DNA of 48,149 bases. It comes from a virus (taxonomy: Duplodnaviria > Caudoviricetes). The notes under the pieces are model-generated. The model had not been told where the DNA came from and did not search any database. It saw only the letters and a list, made by a program, of their open reading frames with translations. The position numbers and the translations under genes are program-made. Location: positions 1 through 48,149 of the IMG/VR virus record IMGVR_UViG_3300012913_000001; one strand, written 5' to 3'. Positions 16,425 to 26,178 of this stretch are shown one piece after another. How positions within the stretch are numbered: the first letter of the stretch is position 1; every line of letters begins with the position of its first letter.

Positions 16425-18893
16425 TCACGCCTCTGACGCTCCGGGCAGTCCCAGCCGGACCGCCTCGTCCGGGTCCAGCTTCCAGCGGCCGATCGGCTTC
16501 TTCGTGGCCGGGGAGATCTGCTGCACGAGCACCCCGGGCCGGGCCGGACGCGCTTTCTGAGCGGGTATACCCCGGCTGGGGTCAGCCTTGATCTCCGGAA
16601 CCGCGACGTGGCCCAGCAGGTCTTGCCACGCCGCGTACCGCGTGTTCTTGCTCCCTGACCCGTAGACAGGGTGGCCGGGGGCTGCGAAAGCCCCCATCGC
16701 CTCTGCACGGCTGCACCCGTCGCCGGCACCGAACACGGTCCAGATGATGGCCGCGAGCCGATCCCGGGCGCTGGACTCCCCCGTGACCCCTCCCCCGGCC
16801 GCTGGCGGAGCGACGTCGAACGGGTTGTCCGGGTTCCAGCCGTCGGGCACCGGAACCACGGACTCACCTTCCGGGTCCAGCAGGAACTTCAGTGGCTCGA
16901 ACTCTTCAGCGTCCTTCTGCTTCTCGTTCTCCACGGTGAGCTTGCCGCGCTCGGTCTTCTTCACCCTGATCTCCGCTCCCAGGGCCCCGATGACGGCTGT
17001 GGAACCGCGTCCGTGCTCTCCGGCATGGCCAAGGTGGTGAACGGCCACGACGCAGGCTCCGGTAGCCCGCCGGATGGCTTCCAACCGGTCCACGAAGATG
17101 CCCATTTGGGTGGCGTCGTTCTCGTCCACGCCGACCGTGACCCGGGCCTGAGTGTCCAGGATGACCAGAGCCGGCTTCAGCGCCTCCAGCGCGGTCCGGA
17201 ACGGAGCCCAGTCCGCCCCGGTGGCCTGGATCGGTACGGGCAGGATGAGAAAAGCACTGTCCGGCAACGGTTTTCCGTCGTTGTAGCGCGCTTCCCATGC
17301 ACGCATACGCCGCTTCCAGCCCCGCACCCCTTCCGCGACCATGTAGACCACGAGCCCCTGAGTGGTTTTGTGCCCGTGCCAGGCACGGCCCAGAGCCACA
17401 CAACCGGCCATGTCCAGCATGACGAAACTCTTACCGTGGCCCGACTTTCCCGTCATTCGAGCGATCGAGTCACGATCGAGCAGACCGTCAATCAATGGCT
17501 CCGGGTCCTGGATGTCGTCCAGAGCTTCGGAACCGATCATCAGAGACCGGATGATCTCCGCTCTGGTCTGCTCCACCACTTCTTCGTCGTCTTCATCGAC
17601 ATCGCCAGTTCCAGGCTGTGTAAACAGCTCACGAGTCTGGACAGCGTGGTCCACCGGGTTGAACGTCTCCAGCGCATGCCCGTGACCGAATCCTGGGAAT
17701 TCCGCGTCACTGATCGACGGGAAGCCCAGCTCCGTGAATAAAGGGCGCATCACCCCATCGTGGTCACGCCAGGCCAGGTACTGGAGTTTGGTGAACGTGG
17801 TGGAGCCGGTACGCCGAATCGCGTCCGCCATCCAGTCGGGCGGGTTGTCCGTCCAAATGTGGAGGGGTGCGTGGCCGGGGCTCGTGTCGTACCGGTCACA
17901 GCCGACTTCGTGCGCGGTGGCGGACTTGGGCGAACCGTGCGGGCCGGGGGCTGTGAAGATCGGGCACGAGCACCGGTCAGGCAGTCCGGTCTCGATCCAG
18001 CCGTCGGGCACGAGCAATTCGGCCCACGGAGTAGCAGCCGACCACACGTCTTTCTGATCGGTGCCGTCCGGAAGTGGCCCGGCTGAAATCGCCCGTTCGA
18101 TGCGGGCTTTCGCGTTGGCGGTCACGTAGCCGATCAGCCAGGCCGGGGCTTCGGATATCTGCCCGACGATCTCGTAAGCACCTTCCGGCCGGCTGGACGG
18201 CGGAACCAGAACCTGATGCCGGTCCCACATGGCCACCCAGCCGGATTCAGCAGCGAGTGACCCGGAACCGGTCGGCAGGGTTACCCCTTCGGGCAGGGTG
18301 AACCAGTAGTGGCCCCCGTCCTTGTGGACCCAGTTCTCTTCGCCGTTGTCCGAAATCTTCATGACACCGGGGCTTTTCACGGTCAGACCTGGGGGAGCCC
18401 AAACGTCATCCGATACCAGTGGCTGTGCGCGCCAGTCGTTCAGGAACCCCTCCATCTCCGCAACCGTGTCGACGTCCACCACGAGCAAGTTCGACAGCCC
18501 CAGCTCCACACCGATGTTTGGCTGTGCGCCGTGAGCTTTCGTCAGACGACGGATCAGGGCCGATACCTTGGCCCGGACCTTGGCCGGATCACCGTCGGGC
18601 TGTTCCGGTGTTCCAGTCAGGGACTTCACAGTCAGCGCATGGTCCAGGCCACAGGCGTGGACGCGCTTGTCCCAGCGCTCATCTCCTTTCGCAGCGGCCA
18701 CGGATCGAGCAGCGGCGTCCGCCTCGTTCCGCTGCTTGGCCGTCAGGATGCACATCGGGACCTTGGTGCCCGGCTTGTCCAGGACGATCGCGATTCCCTC
18801 ACGGACGGCGGCCGACACGATATGGATCAGCTTCTCGTCATCGCCGGCCGGAACGGAGCCGAAAAGGCGCACGAACTCATCATTTCCGAACAT
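16425..18893 (-). CDS. Bifunctional primase-polymerase fused to AAA_25/RepA-like helicase
   Basis: VVDVD, GGHYWF, VLVPPS (Prim-Pol); GKSGHGKS, YMVAEG, ILDTQAR, VHHLG, RGS (helicase). Confidence 0.9.
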   Translation of the reverse strand: MFGNDEFVRLFGSVPAGDDEKLIHIVSAAVREGIAIVLDKPGTKVPMCILTAKQRNEADAAARSVAAAKGDERWDKRVHACGLDHALTVKSLTGTPEQPDGDPAKVRAKVSALIRRLTKAHGAQPNIGVELGLSNLLVVDVDTVAEMEGFLNDWRAQPLVSDDVWAPPGLTVKSPGVMKISDNGEENWVHKDGGHYWFTLPEGVTLPTGSGSLAAESGWVAMWDRHQVLVPPSSRPEGAYEIVGQISEAPAWLIGYVTANAKARIERAISAGPLPDGTDQKDVWSAATPWAELLVPDGWIETGLPDRCSCPIFTAPGPHGSPKSATAHEVGCDRYDTSPGHAPLHIWTDNPPDWMADAIRRTGSTTFTKLQYLAWRDHDGVMRPLFTELGFPSISDAEFPGFGHGHALETFNPVDHAVQTRELFTQPGTGDVDEDDEEVVEQTRAEIIRSLMIGSEALDDIQDPEPLIDGLLDRDSIARMTGKSGHGKSFVMLDMAGCVALGRAWHGHKTTQGLVVYMVAEGVRGWKRRMRAWEARYNDGKPLPDSAFLILPVPIQATGADWAPFRTALEALKPALVILDTQARVTVGVDENDATQMGIFVDRLEAIRRATGACVVAVHHLGHAGEHGRGSTAVIGALGAEIRVKKTERGKLTVENEKQKDAEEFEPLKFLLDPEGESVVPVPDGWNPDNPFDVAPPAAGGGVTGESSARDRLAAIIWTVFGAGDGCSRAEAMGAFAAPGHPVYGSGSKNTRYAAWQDLLGHVAVPEIKADPSRGIPAQKARPARPGVLVQQISPATKKPIGRWKLDPDEAVRLGLPGASEA

Positions 18894-19565
18894 CTAGCGC
18901 ACCTTCTTTATGATCTGGTCCCCAATGAACTTGGTGTAGGCCGGAGGGATGGCTTCGGACAGTTCGTCCCGGACCATCCAATCAATCCCCATTGCTTTAC
19001 GAGCGTGCGGAACTCCGGAGAAGTTGCCCACCACGTGCATCCGCTCACCGGGAACGAACGGCCGTCCCATCTTGGTCTGGCGCTCCCGGTGCTCCCGGTG
19101 AGCTGGACGCTCCAAGTCCACGTTCGATTCGAACTGACGTGTTCGGTACACGTTCAGTTCCGGAAACATGCACCCGCACAGCTCAAACGGGTTCAGTAAC
19201 GGGTCTTCATCATCAACACCGGCCATCGGCACCACGTTCTCAATCACGTACGGCCCACCGATCTCCAGGAACAGATCCCGGGTTGGGCCGATCAGACGCG
19301 GGTGCTCTCGCTGGCGGATCTTCTGGGCATTGGTCCGTGCCTGACACGGGGGTGATCCGGCCCGGACGTCGAACCGGTGCCCGTGCTCTTTGATGAAAGT
19401 CAGTGCGTCGGCACGGTAGAACTCATCCCCGATGTAATGCGGCTGAGGCGCGATGTCGACGCCGACCACGTAACAACCAGCGAGCTGGAATCCCCGGGTA
19501 GCCCCCCCAGCGCAGCAGTAAGCGTCCAGCAGAGTCGGGAGATTCTGTGTGTTGTTCTCAAACAT
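18894..19565 (-). CDS. DNA cytosine-C5 methyltransferase-like protein
   Basis: LLDAYCCAGG, GVDI, GSPPCQ, YVIENV motifs; ATG 19565. Confidence 0.8.
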   Translation of the reverse strand: MFENNTQNLPTLLDAYCCAGGATRGFQLAGCYVVGVDIAPQPHYIGDEFYRADALTFIKEHGHRFDVRAGSPPCQARTNAQKIRQREHPRLIGPTRDLFLEIGGPYVIENVVPMAGVDDEDPLLNPFELCGCMFPELNVYRTRQFESNVDLERPAHREHRERQTKMGRPFVPGERMHVVGNFSGVPHARKAMGIDWMVRDELSEAIPPAYTKFIGDQIIKKVR

Positions 19566-19669
19566 TACGCAGCGGCCCACCTTTCACCCAGGTTCTTCAT
19601 GTCGGTGCGGAGGACGGGAGTCCGCTTGCTCCAGAAACAGAAACGTGCAGAAGGGGTTTCGAGGATCAT
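19565..19669 (-). pseudogene. Displaced original 3' end of DNA polymerase, an intact 34-codon mini-ORF
   Basis: MILETPSARFCFWSKRTPVLRTDMKNLGERWAAA vs polymerase C-terminus ILEKPSERFCFWAKRTPILRTDMKHLGERWASA. Confidence 0.9.
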
Positions 19670-20124
19670 CACGCCTCCCGGTGCGTCTGTACCCACTGCG
19701 CAGCAGCACGGAGCCGTTCGGGGTCATCCTGGAAAAGACCGATACCCGAGTTGCACGGGTGGCAGACCATTCCTCTGACCTTGTTGGTTACGTGATCGTG
19801 GTCTACAACCAGTCGATCACGCTTTCCGGACGGGGGTTGACCACAGACAGCACACACCCCCCCTGATGCTTCTTCTAGACGGAGATACTCCAAAGGGGTC
19901 AATCCGTAACGACGTCCACGGTTCATGTCGTGCCATCGGCGCATGTACTCCCTCTGCGCTTCTGGATCACGATTCTCTAGTCGCCACTGTGTAGACGCTT
20001 CTTTGGCACAGTCCTTGCACCGGGACACACGTCCGTCTTTCATGTTCTTGTTTCGGTGAAACTCGTCAAGTGGCTTGGTTTCCAAGCACTTTCCGCACGT
20101 CTTGGTGTCTACGCGGATGCCCAT
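19669..20124 (-). mobile_element. Free-standing EndoVII-type homing endonuclease
   Basis: KTCGKC..KPLDEF...CKDC, YGLT, CAVC, LVVDHDH..KVRGMVCHPCNSGIG; flanked by duplicated polA 3' ends. Confidence 0.85.
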
Positions 20125-22061
20125 CGCTCCCCCAGGTGCTTCATGTCGGTGCGCAAAATTGGAGTCCTCTTGGCCCAGAAGCAAAATCGTTCTGATGGCT
20201 TCTCCAAGATAGCACGTATCTCACTTGAGGCTGAGGTAGACACAACAAACTCGTCATGAAGCGTCAGGTACACGGCATCCTGAAGCCCTGCGTCGATGAC
20301 CCGGAGAAGGGCATCGGCAATCAGGTCGTACTGACCACCCTGACAGAAGTAGTTGACACCCTTGTGTTCCTCGACCCGTTTGTACTTCGGTGACCATGGG
20401 ACGTCCAGTACACGGCCCGCAATGGTCAGCATCATCCGGTGTTGTCTCGCAATGGCTTTCAGCTTGATGATGAATTCCTCAGTCTTGGGCATGGCCCGAA
20501 AAACGGCCTTACGATACTGTTTTGCGGCTGCGTACTGCGGGTACTTCAGCTCCGGGTTAAAGCCTCGTTTCTGCACTTCCCAGTCGGACGGGTACTCCCA
20601 CGGTCCGTCGTCCAGTCCCAGGTCAGCAGTCAGCTTGGCCAGCCCCTCACCGTAAAGCTGTGCCAGTAGAGTGGTTTTCAGCACTCCCCGGATCTTCTTC
20701 TTCACCGGGTCCATCTCGCAGTCCAGCGTCGTGGTGCCCGGAGGAAGCATCCCAGAGCCGACACCAAGCTGTGTGTAGAGATCGGATGTCCCAGCTTCGT
20801 ATCCTGCGATCACGTCCATGTCGCCGGCCGCGTTAGCGATCGTCAGGGGTTCACCCTGGCTCAGGTCGATTGACGTCATGTCATCCCCGACGTCGGCCAG
20901 CAGGATGCCACGAGCAGAGCCGGAGAACTGCTGGAGCGGGGGCTCTCCCATGGCCACTCGACCGGTGGCCGCTGTGAGCAGATTGATCGTGGGGTGAACG
21001 AGCCCGTTGTCATCAGCCAGTTCCGCGACCTTCGCCAGGTAGTCCTTCCGGATGTGGCTGATCTCCTTGTGGCGCTTGAACTTTGCCGCTACCGGGTGGC
21101 TGAGCTTGGAGACGGCTTTTGCGTCCATCTGGAGAAGACCGGTCTTGGTCCGGGGGTGTGTCGGATCGATGGCTCCGAGAGACTCCAGCGCTTTGGCCAG
21201 ATCCTGACCGTTCCCGGGCCGGATGTTCAGCTCAGCCAGATCCCGTTCCGCGTCGGTCAACTCGTGCGCGTTGTCCTCCGAGTACCGGTCCAGGTAATCG
21301 AAATCGACGCGAAAACCCTTGCAGGACCGAGGAAGGGTGATCATCCGATTGATCCGGTTCTCCCGCTCCACCAACTCCCACGCCTCGTTACCGGTGACTC
21401 CCTGGGAACCGAACGGGTGGCCGGTGGTCAGCCGGTCGTAGGCGGCGCGCTTCACGACCTGATGAAGACGCCAGGTCATGATCGGGTCGGACGCTGCACC
21501 CTGGGCATAGATCGGCCGGTCCAGATCGAACTGGAGGAATCCGTCCGTCTTGTTCAGCCCCAGTGCCTTGAACGCTTTGTAAAGCTGTCCCCCGGGCCCG
21601 GTTTGAAGGTATCGGTCGCAGGCGTCTTCCAGGTTCTTCCGGACGCGCTCCCCGGGGTTCGCCAGTCGGCAATAGATCAGGGTGTCGGTGACCTTCCGGA
21701 CGTCATCCAGCGAAACCAGGCTGTTCATGTAGAGGTTCGGCAGATCGAACGGGGAGTTGTGATAGATCAGTTCGTCGGCGTGTGCGTGCCCTTTGATGAT
21801 CAGGTCACGCTGGAACGGGTCACGGGGGTCCAGCACCACGGCCTGTGTCCCGGAGCCGAACGACACGGACTTGAGCCGGCGTCCGGCCAGGCCCAGTCCG
21901 TAGGTCTCGATATCCGCACCGATGGACGTTGTTTCACGGAACAGCTCCGCCAGCGCATCCTTCACAAAGTCGTGCCCGATGGTGTACTTCGCATTGACAG
22001 CGGGGGCGAACTGGAAGGTTCCGGGGGTGCTGATCCGGGCCGGGGGGTCGGAGTAGAGCAT
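20109..22061 (-). CDS. polA: DNA polymerase, family A, with 3'-5' exonuclease
   Basis: Exo DIET, HNSPFD; TGR; motif A DLSQGE; motif B R-x3-K-x7-YG; motif C LHDE. Confidence 0.92.
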   Translation of the reverse strand: MLYSDPPARISTPGTFQFAPAVNAKYTIGHDFVKDALAELFRETTSIGADIETYGLGLAGRRLKSVSFGSGTQAVVLDPRDPFQRDLIIKGHAHADELIYHNSPFDLPNLYMNSLVSLDDVRKVTDTLIYCRLANPGERVRKNLEDACDRYLQTGPGGQLYKAFKALGLNKTDGFLQFDLDRPIYAQGAASDPIMTWRLHQVVKRAAYDRLTTGHPFGSQGVTGNEAWELVERENRINRMITLPRSCKGFRVDFDYLDRYSEDNAHELTDAERDLAELNIRPGNGQDLAKALESLGAIDPTHPRTKTGLLQMDAKAVSKLSHPVAAKFKRHKEISHIRKDYLAKVAELADDNGLVHPTINLLTAATGRVAMGEPPLQQFSGSARGILLADVGDDMTSIDLSQGEPLTIANAAGDMDVIAGYEAGTSDLYTQLGVGSGMLPPGTTTLDCEMDPVKKKIRGVLKTTLLAQLYGEGLAKLTADLGLDDGPWEYPSDWEVQKRGFNPELKYPQYAAAKQYRKAVFRAMPKTEEFIIKLKAIARQHRMMLTIAGRVLDVPWSPKYKRVEEHKGVNYFCQGGQYDLIADALLRVIDAGLQDAVYLTLHDEFVVSTSASSEIRAILEKPSERFCFWAKRTPILRTDMKHLGERWASA

Positions 22062-22152
22062 CTGGTATCCTCGCTACTGGTTGCTTGTCGGTGGCCAAAC
22101 GGAAACGGTGTCTTGGGTGATTCCTCCCTGGGGCACCGTTTCTGTGTTAGGT

Positions 22153-22941
22153 CTAAGACTCTCGGCCGTAGAACTCTGGCGGCATCCGTCCCTCATACTC
22201 AGGCTCGCTGAAGTGCCCCTGAAGGTCAGCCGAATCGACATACGGGGTGGCCTCGAATGTACGAACTGGTTCGGGCTGACTGAAGTGCTTTCGGAGAGCA
22301 CCGATCACGCCTTTTCCGGGGTCCGGGATCTGTGGACGTGGGGCATAGCCTGCTGTCCGTGCTTGGAGAGCCCACGCAGTCAGCGTGTCCTGAACCTCCG
22401 TGGCGGAGTGCTCGTGTGTCTGCCCCCCGCCATCCGGGCAGACGGGGCAGAAATCGGCCACGCCGAACACCACCACTGGACGCTTGGCCTGGAGTGCACG
22501 CTCCATCTCTCCGTGGAGAGTTTCCCACTCTCCCGGTTCGAATCCGGTCCGATCACGGTCACCGGTTTCGGTCTGCTCCGCAGGCAAGGTGTACGGGGCC
22601 GGGGGCACCGTAAGCGCTTCCTCGATCGTCATCTGACCTTCGATCGGCGCATCGGGGTGCGGAGCCGGCTTCAGCTCCATCAGCGCGTCCAGGTCGGCGC
22701 GCCGGTAGCGCAGCTTTCCCCCGGCCGGGTCGGAACCGTACCCGGCTTCCGGCGAGTACCCGGTGAGCTTGCCCTCCTTCCGGAGCCGGAGCAGCGTCCG
22801 GGGCGAAACCCCCAGGTACGCACAGGCTTCCAGCCGGTTGAACCACTGACGTGGGACCGGGCGGGGGCCGCCGGTGTTGTAGATCAGCACGGTGTCGACG
22901 TCTTCACGGGTCTTGGGCGTGGTGCCCGGAGGGTAGGCCAC
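22153..22941 (-). CDS. Excisionase/MerR-like HTH protein with long C-terminal tail
   Basis: EACAYLGVSPRTLLRLRKEGKL...LRYRRADLDAL. Confidence 0.75.
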   Translation of the reverse strand: MAYPPGTTPKTREDVDTVLIYNTGGPRPVPRQWFNRLEACAYLGVSPRTLLRLRKEGKLTGYSPEAGYGSDPAGGKLRYRRADLDALMELKPAPHPDAPIEGQMTIEEALTVPPAPYTLPAEQTETGDRDRTGFEPGEWETLHGEMERALQAKRPVVVFGVADFCPVCPDGGGQTHEHSATEVQDTLTAWALQARTAGYAPRPQIPDPGKGVIGALRKHFSQPEPVRTFEATPYVDSADLQGHFSEPEYEGRMPPEFYGRES

Positions 22942-22986
22942 GGTGGCTCTCCTTCATGTCGGTGTGCCCGAACTCTAGCACCTAGC

Positions 22987-23033
22987 GGCCACGAGTGGAC
23001 ACGACGCGCCAACAGTGGCCACGAGTGGACACG
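22987..23033. promoter_or_regulatory. Two 17-bp direct repeats (candidate operators) in divergent promoter region
   Basis: GGCCACGAGTGGACACG at 22987 and 23017; palindromic core CCACnnGTGG. Confidence 0.65.
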
Positions 23034-23082
23034 GCGTGATAGGTTCTGGGCACACCAGCAGTTCACCGACAAGGGAGTGCAG

Positions 23083-23238
23083 ATGTTCGGAAAGAAGGTC
23101 GTAAAGATCCCCCAGGGCCGGACGCTGACCGACGGACGGGTCAGTTTCAAGTCCGGTGCCAAGCCTGGCCCTGCCGGCTCCGGTCAAGCCAGAAACGCCA
23201 GGGTGGCTGCCAAGTCCGCCACCAAGCCGACGAAGTAA
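23083..23238 (+). CDS. Small basic protein (51 aa)
   Basis: CACCGACAAGGGAG leader/RBS, ATG 23083. Confidence 0.65.
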   Translation: MFGKKVVKIPQGRTLTDGRVSFKSGAKPGPAGSGQARNARVAAKSATKPTK

Positions 23239-23322
23239 CAGAACAGCCCAGGCCAACGGAAAGCAGCCCGTTCGAGTCGGGCCCTGGGCACTCCGCGCAC
23301 CCACCGACAAGAAAGTCACACG

Positions 23323-23520
23323 ATGGCATCCGTCAGAAGCACCAACATGGCGCACCTTGTGCTCCGGATCATGCGTGATCACCACTTCCGGACCAAAGCT
23401 GAAGCGAACACCTTCGCGTTCAACTACTTGGCCAGTGCCGTCAAGTCCGGAACGTGGACCAAGGAAAACTTGATCGCAGCGGCCAACGCTCTGGAAACCG
23501 GAATCGGGGAAGTGAAATGA
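23323..23520 (+). CDS. Hypothetical protein
   Basis: CCACCGACAAG leader; coupled to next gene. Confidence 0.6.
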   Translation: MASVRSTNMAHLVLRIMRDHHFRTKAEANTFAFNYLASAVKSGTWTKENLIAAANALETGIGEVK

Positions 23521-23744
23521 CGCCAGATGAGATCGCAGAAGCTATCAAGGAACACAATCGCCTGAATCCAACGCATGGAGTTGCTTGTGCGTGCATGGAC
23601 GAATTTGCGCACTTGTTACGGCTTCAACTGAAAGCTTTCGATACTCCTATTGACATGTGGCTCAGTTCCGACCCGCAAACGGTGAACTTGGCCCGGAGGT
23701 ACACCCACGTTTTGGCATTGACGCTGAAAGGACTGAATCGGTGA
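23517..23744 (+). CDS. Hypothetical protein
   Basis: ATGA overlap at 23517. Confidence 0.55.
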   Translation: MTPDEIAEAIKEHNRLNPTHGVACACMDEFAHLLRLQLKAFDTPIDMWLSSDPQTVNLARRYTHVLALTLKGLNR

Positions 23745-23956
23745 AAAATCGATGCTGGCTCAGTAGGTGCGCGCGTGAAGCCACACGGCATTTTGTAGTC
23801 AACGGATACGAGCTGTGGCTTTGCCTTCCTCATGGCCAAGAATTGGATGAGAAGGTGGCCGATGCTCCCGGTTACTCGTCAGCAGCACCGGCCAAGGGAT
23901 ACCGATCGCATTGGCCGTGGAAGCTTGTCAGTGCCCAATATCGGAGAGTGTTGTGA
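23741..23956 (+). CDS. Small Cys/His hypothetical protein
   Basis: GTGA overlaps at both ends. Confidence 0.5.
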   Translation: MKNRCWLSRCAREATRHFVVNGYELWLCLPHGQELDEKVADAPGYSSAAPAKGYRSHWPWKLVSAQYRRVL

Positions 23957-25800
23957 CCTTCCTCAAACCGTTCCCGTTCCAGACGGAGTGCATCCAGGCA
24001 TTCAACGACGGTTTCAATTCCGGGCTCCAGCGTCTTGCCGCTGTGTTGTTTACCGGAGCCGGTAAAACTGTCATCTTCGCCCACATGGTCCACCGTTTTG
24101 TGGAACGCACTGGAATGCGTGTGGCCATCTTTGTGGACCGGGATGAGTTGGTGAAACAGACCCACCGTCAGCTCCACGGCGTCAACACAGAGCTTCGGAT
24201 CGGTGTGGTCAAGGGCAAGCGGAACGAGATCTGGGACGTCGATGTCGTGATCATCTCGATTCAGACGCTGGCCCGACGGGACCGGAAGCGCCTGGAGCAG
24301 ATCCCGGCCGATCACTTCGGCCTGCTGATCGTGGACGAGTGCCACAAAGCCGGAGCCCGTTCGTATCGAGATGCTTTCGAGTATCTCGGTGCGTTTACCG
24401 AGGGTCCACGGGTGCTCCAGTGCCCGGACTGTACCAACGGGCTAGAGCTGTGCGGCAGTAACGACGTCCGGGACTGCTCTACTTGCCAGGGATTCGGAAA
24501 GATCGAGGTTCCGTCCGTCAAACTGGCTGGCTTCACGGCTACGCTCCAGCGCGCTGACGGTGGGCTTGGTGACATCTTCCAGGATGCAGGTACGCCGACC
24601 GGAGCTGTCTACAAAAAGGACATGCTGTGGGGCATCCGTAATCACTACCTCGTGGACGTCCGGCCCCGGGCCGTCACCCTGGACGGGTTGTTCGACGAAG
24701 TTCCCACCATCGGGGGCGACTTCACCGATGTAGGTCTGGGAACGGCGATGGTTGAGCAGAACATCGGCGGACTCTACGCTCACGCGCTTCAGGAGGAAGC
24801 CCCCGGCCGGCAAGCCATCGTGTTCGCCCCGGACGTGGCCAGCGCCCACCACATCTGCGCAGCACTGAACGAGGCGGGCCGGACCGCTGAAGTGGTGGTG
24901 GGCTCCACGCCACCGGAAGACCGAGACCTGATCTATAAGCGGATTCGGACCGGTGAGACCCAGGATCTGGTCAACGTGGACGTGGCCACGGCCGGTTTCG
25001 ACATGCCCCAGATCTCGTGCGTCGTTCCCCGGCCGACGTCCAACCAGGTGGTGTTCATTCAGCAAGTGGGCCGGGGGGTGCGGACGTGGCGTTTACATGA
25101 CCCGTCCAGCCCGTACCCGTGGATTCAGAAGCCCAAGACGGACTGTGTGGTGTTGCTGATCAATGCCAAGTCCAAGCTCAAACTCTGCACCCTGGTTGAC
25201 CTTTCCGAGACCCCCATCACGGAAGTGAAGGAGAACGAGACTCTTTCGGAAGCAGTCGAACGAGAGGAACTGGAAGAAGCGGGCAAGCCGGCCGTCGACC
25301 CAAAGCGTGTTCGGATCACCGACGTGGATCTGTTCACCTACTCCCCGTTCAGCTTCCGGAAGACCACCGGTCGGCAGTATGTCTACATTCCGACCAAGGA
25401 TTGGCTCGTAACGGTGTACCCGCACACCACGGCCCCTGACACGGATTACATGGTCGGCACCGTGTGGTGTGGCAAGGGAAGCCCCCGGAAGGGACGGACG
25501 ATTGCTACGCATGTAGACCTGGGCTACGCCATGGCGATAGCTGAGTCAGAAGCGGAAGACATCGACCCGGTAGGTACGCTGGCTCGAAAGTCCGCGTCAT
25601 GGAAGAAAAAGAAGGAACCTCCGTCTCCACAGCAACTCACATTTCTTCGTACGCTGAAGCTCCAGAAGCGGTTCAAGGGTGAGATTCCCGAGAACGCTAC
25701 GAAGGTGGAAGTATCTGAACTGATCTCCGATGTGGTCGACAGCGAGCGCCTTGACGGGTATACCCCCAGCGCTCCGGTACAGGAAGAAGACGACGAATGA
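23953..25800 (+). CDS. SF2 DEAD/DEAH-box helicase with Zn-finger insertion
   Basis: TGAGKT, VDECH, TAT, GFD, QQVGRGVR motifs. Confidence 0.9.
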   Translation: MTFLKPFPFQTECIQAFNDGFNSGLQRLAAVLFTGAGKTVIFAHMVHRFVERTGMRVAIFVDRDELVKQTHRQLHGVNTELRIGVVKGKRNEIWDVDVVIISIQTLARRDRKRLEQIPADHFGLLIVDECHKAGARSYRDAFEYLGAFTEGPRVLQCPDCTNGLELCGSNDVRDCSTCQGFGKIEVPSVKLAGFTATLQRADGGLGDIFQDAGTPTGAVYKKDMLWGIRNHYLVDVRPRAVTLDGLFDEVPTIGGDFTDVGLGTAMVEQNIGGLYAHALQEEAPGRQAIVFAPDVASAHHICAALNEAGRTAEVVVGSTPPEDRDLIYKRIRTGETQDLVNVDVATAGFDMPQISCVVPRPTSNQVVFIQQVGRGVRTWRLHDPSSPYPWIQKPKTDCVVLLINAKSKLKLCTLVDLSETPITEVKENETLSEAVEREELEEAGKPAVDPKRVRITDVDLFTYSPFSFRKTTGRQYVYIPTKDWLVTVYPHTTAPDTDYMVGTVWCGKGSPRKGRTIATHVDLGYAMAIAESEAEDIDPVGTLARKSASWKKKKEPPSPQQLTFLRTLKLQKRFKGEIPENATKVEVSELISDVVDSERLDGYTPSAPVQEEDDE

Positions 25801-26003
25801 ACCTCTCCGAATCCTTGCTTAAGGGCAAGCTCTCATGCGCCATCTCGATTCGGGACAAGCACGCCCGGACGCTGTCCGGCATCGATCCCAGCGTGAGCCC
25901 CCGACGTCACGCACTCGTTGCCGGCAAGCTGGAACAGGCCAAAGCCGATGTCGAACGGCACGCGTCTGCTCTGGACGACTTCTACGGAGCTACCCATGGG
26001 TAA
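25797..26003 (+). CDS. Hypothetical protein
   Basis: ATGA overlap with helicase stop. Confidence 0.55.
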   Translation: MNLSESLLKGKLSCAISIRDKHARTLSGIDPSVSPRRHALVAGKLEQAKADVERHASALDDFYGATHG

Positions 26004-26169
26004 GCACGCATGTCGGCCCACGGCCCCCTGCGCAGACTGTCGGGCGCAGCTGGGAGGTGTCACCAGGTGTCCTGCCTGCGATTCGCCGTCTCCTGATCTG
26101 CACCCCGTCAGAACTGTCGGTGGTCAGTCGTACGCTCAGCCTTGCTCGCATCCGTTCCACCGACCGTAA
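25996..26169 (+). CDS. Small Zn-finger protein
   Basis: GGAG RBS; CADC, CPAC, CSHPFH. Confidence 0.5.
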   Translation: MGKHACRPTAPCADCRAQLGGVTRCPACDSPSPDLHPVRTVGGQSYAQPCSHPFHRP

Positions 26170-26178
26170 GGACTAACC

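Noticed and set aside
19565-20210. Group I intron or DGR template/variable repeat pair in polA
   Set aside because: No room for an intron core, no reverse transcriptase, and differences are mostly synonymous rather than adenine-specific
21930-21943. Second parS (TGTTTCACGGAACA)
   Set aside because: Two central bases are missing and it lies inside polA
22153-22941. Excisionase implying an integration module
   Set aside because: No integrase or attP found; more likely a transcriptional regulator
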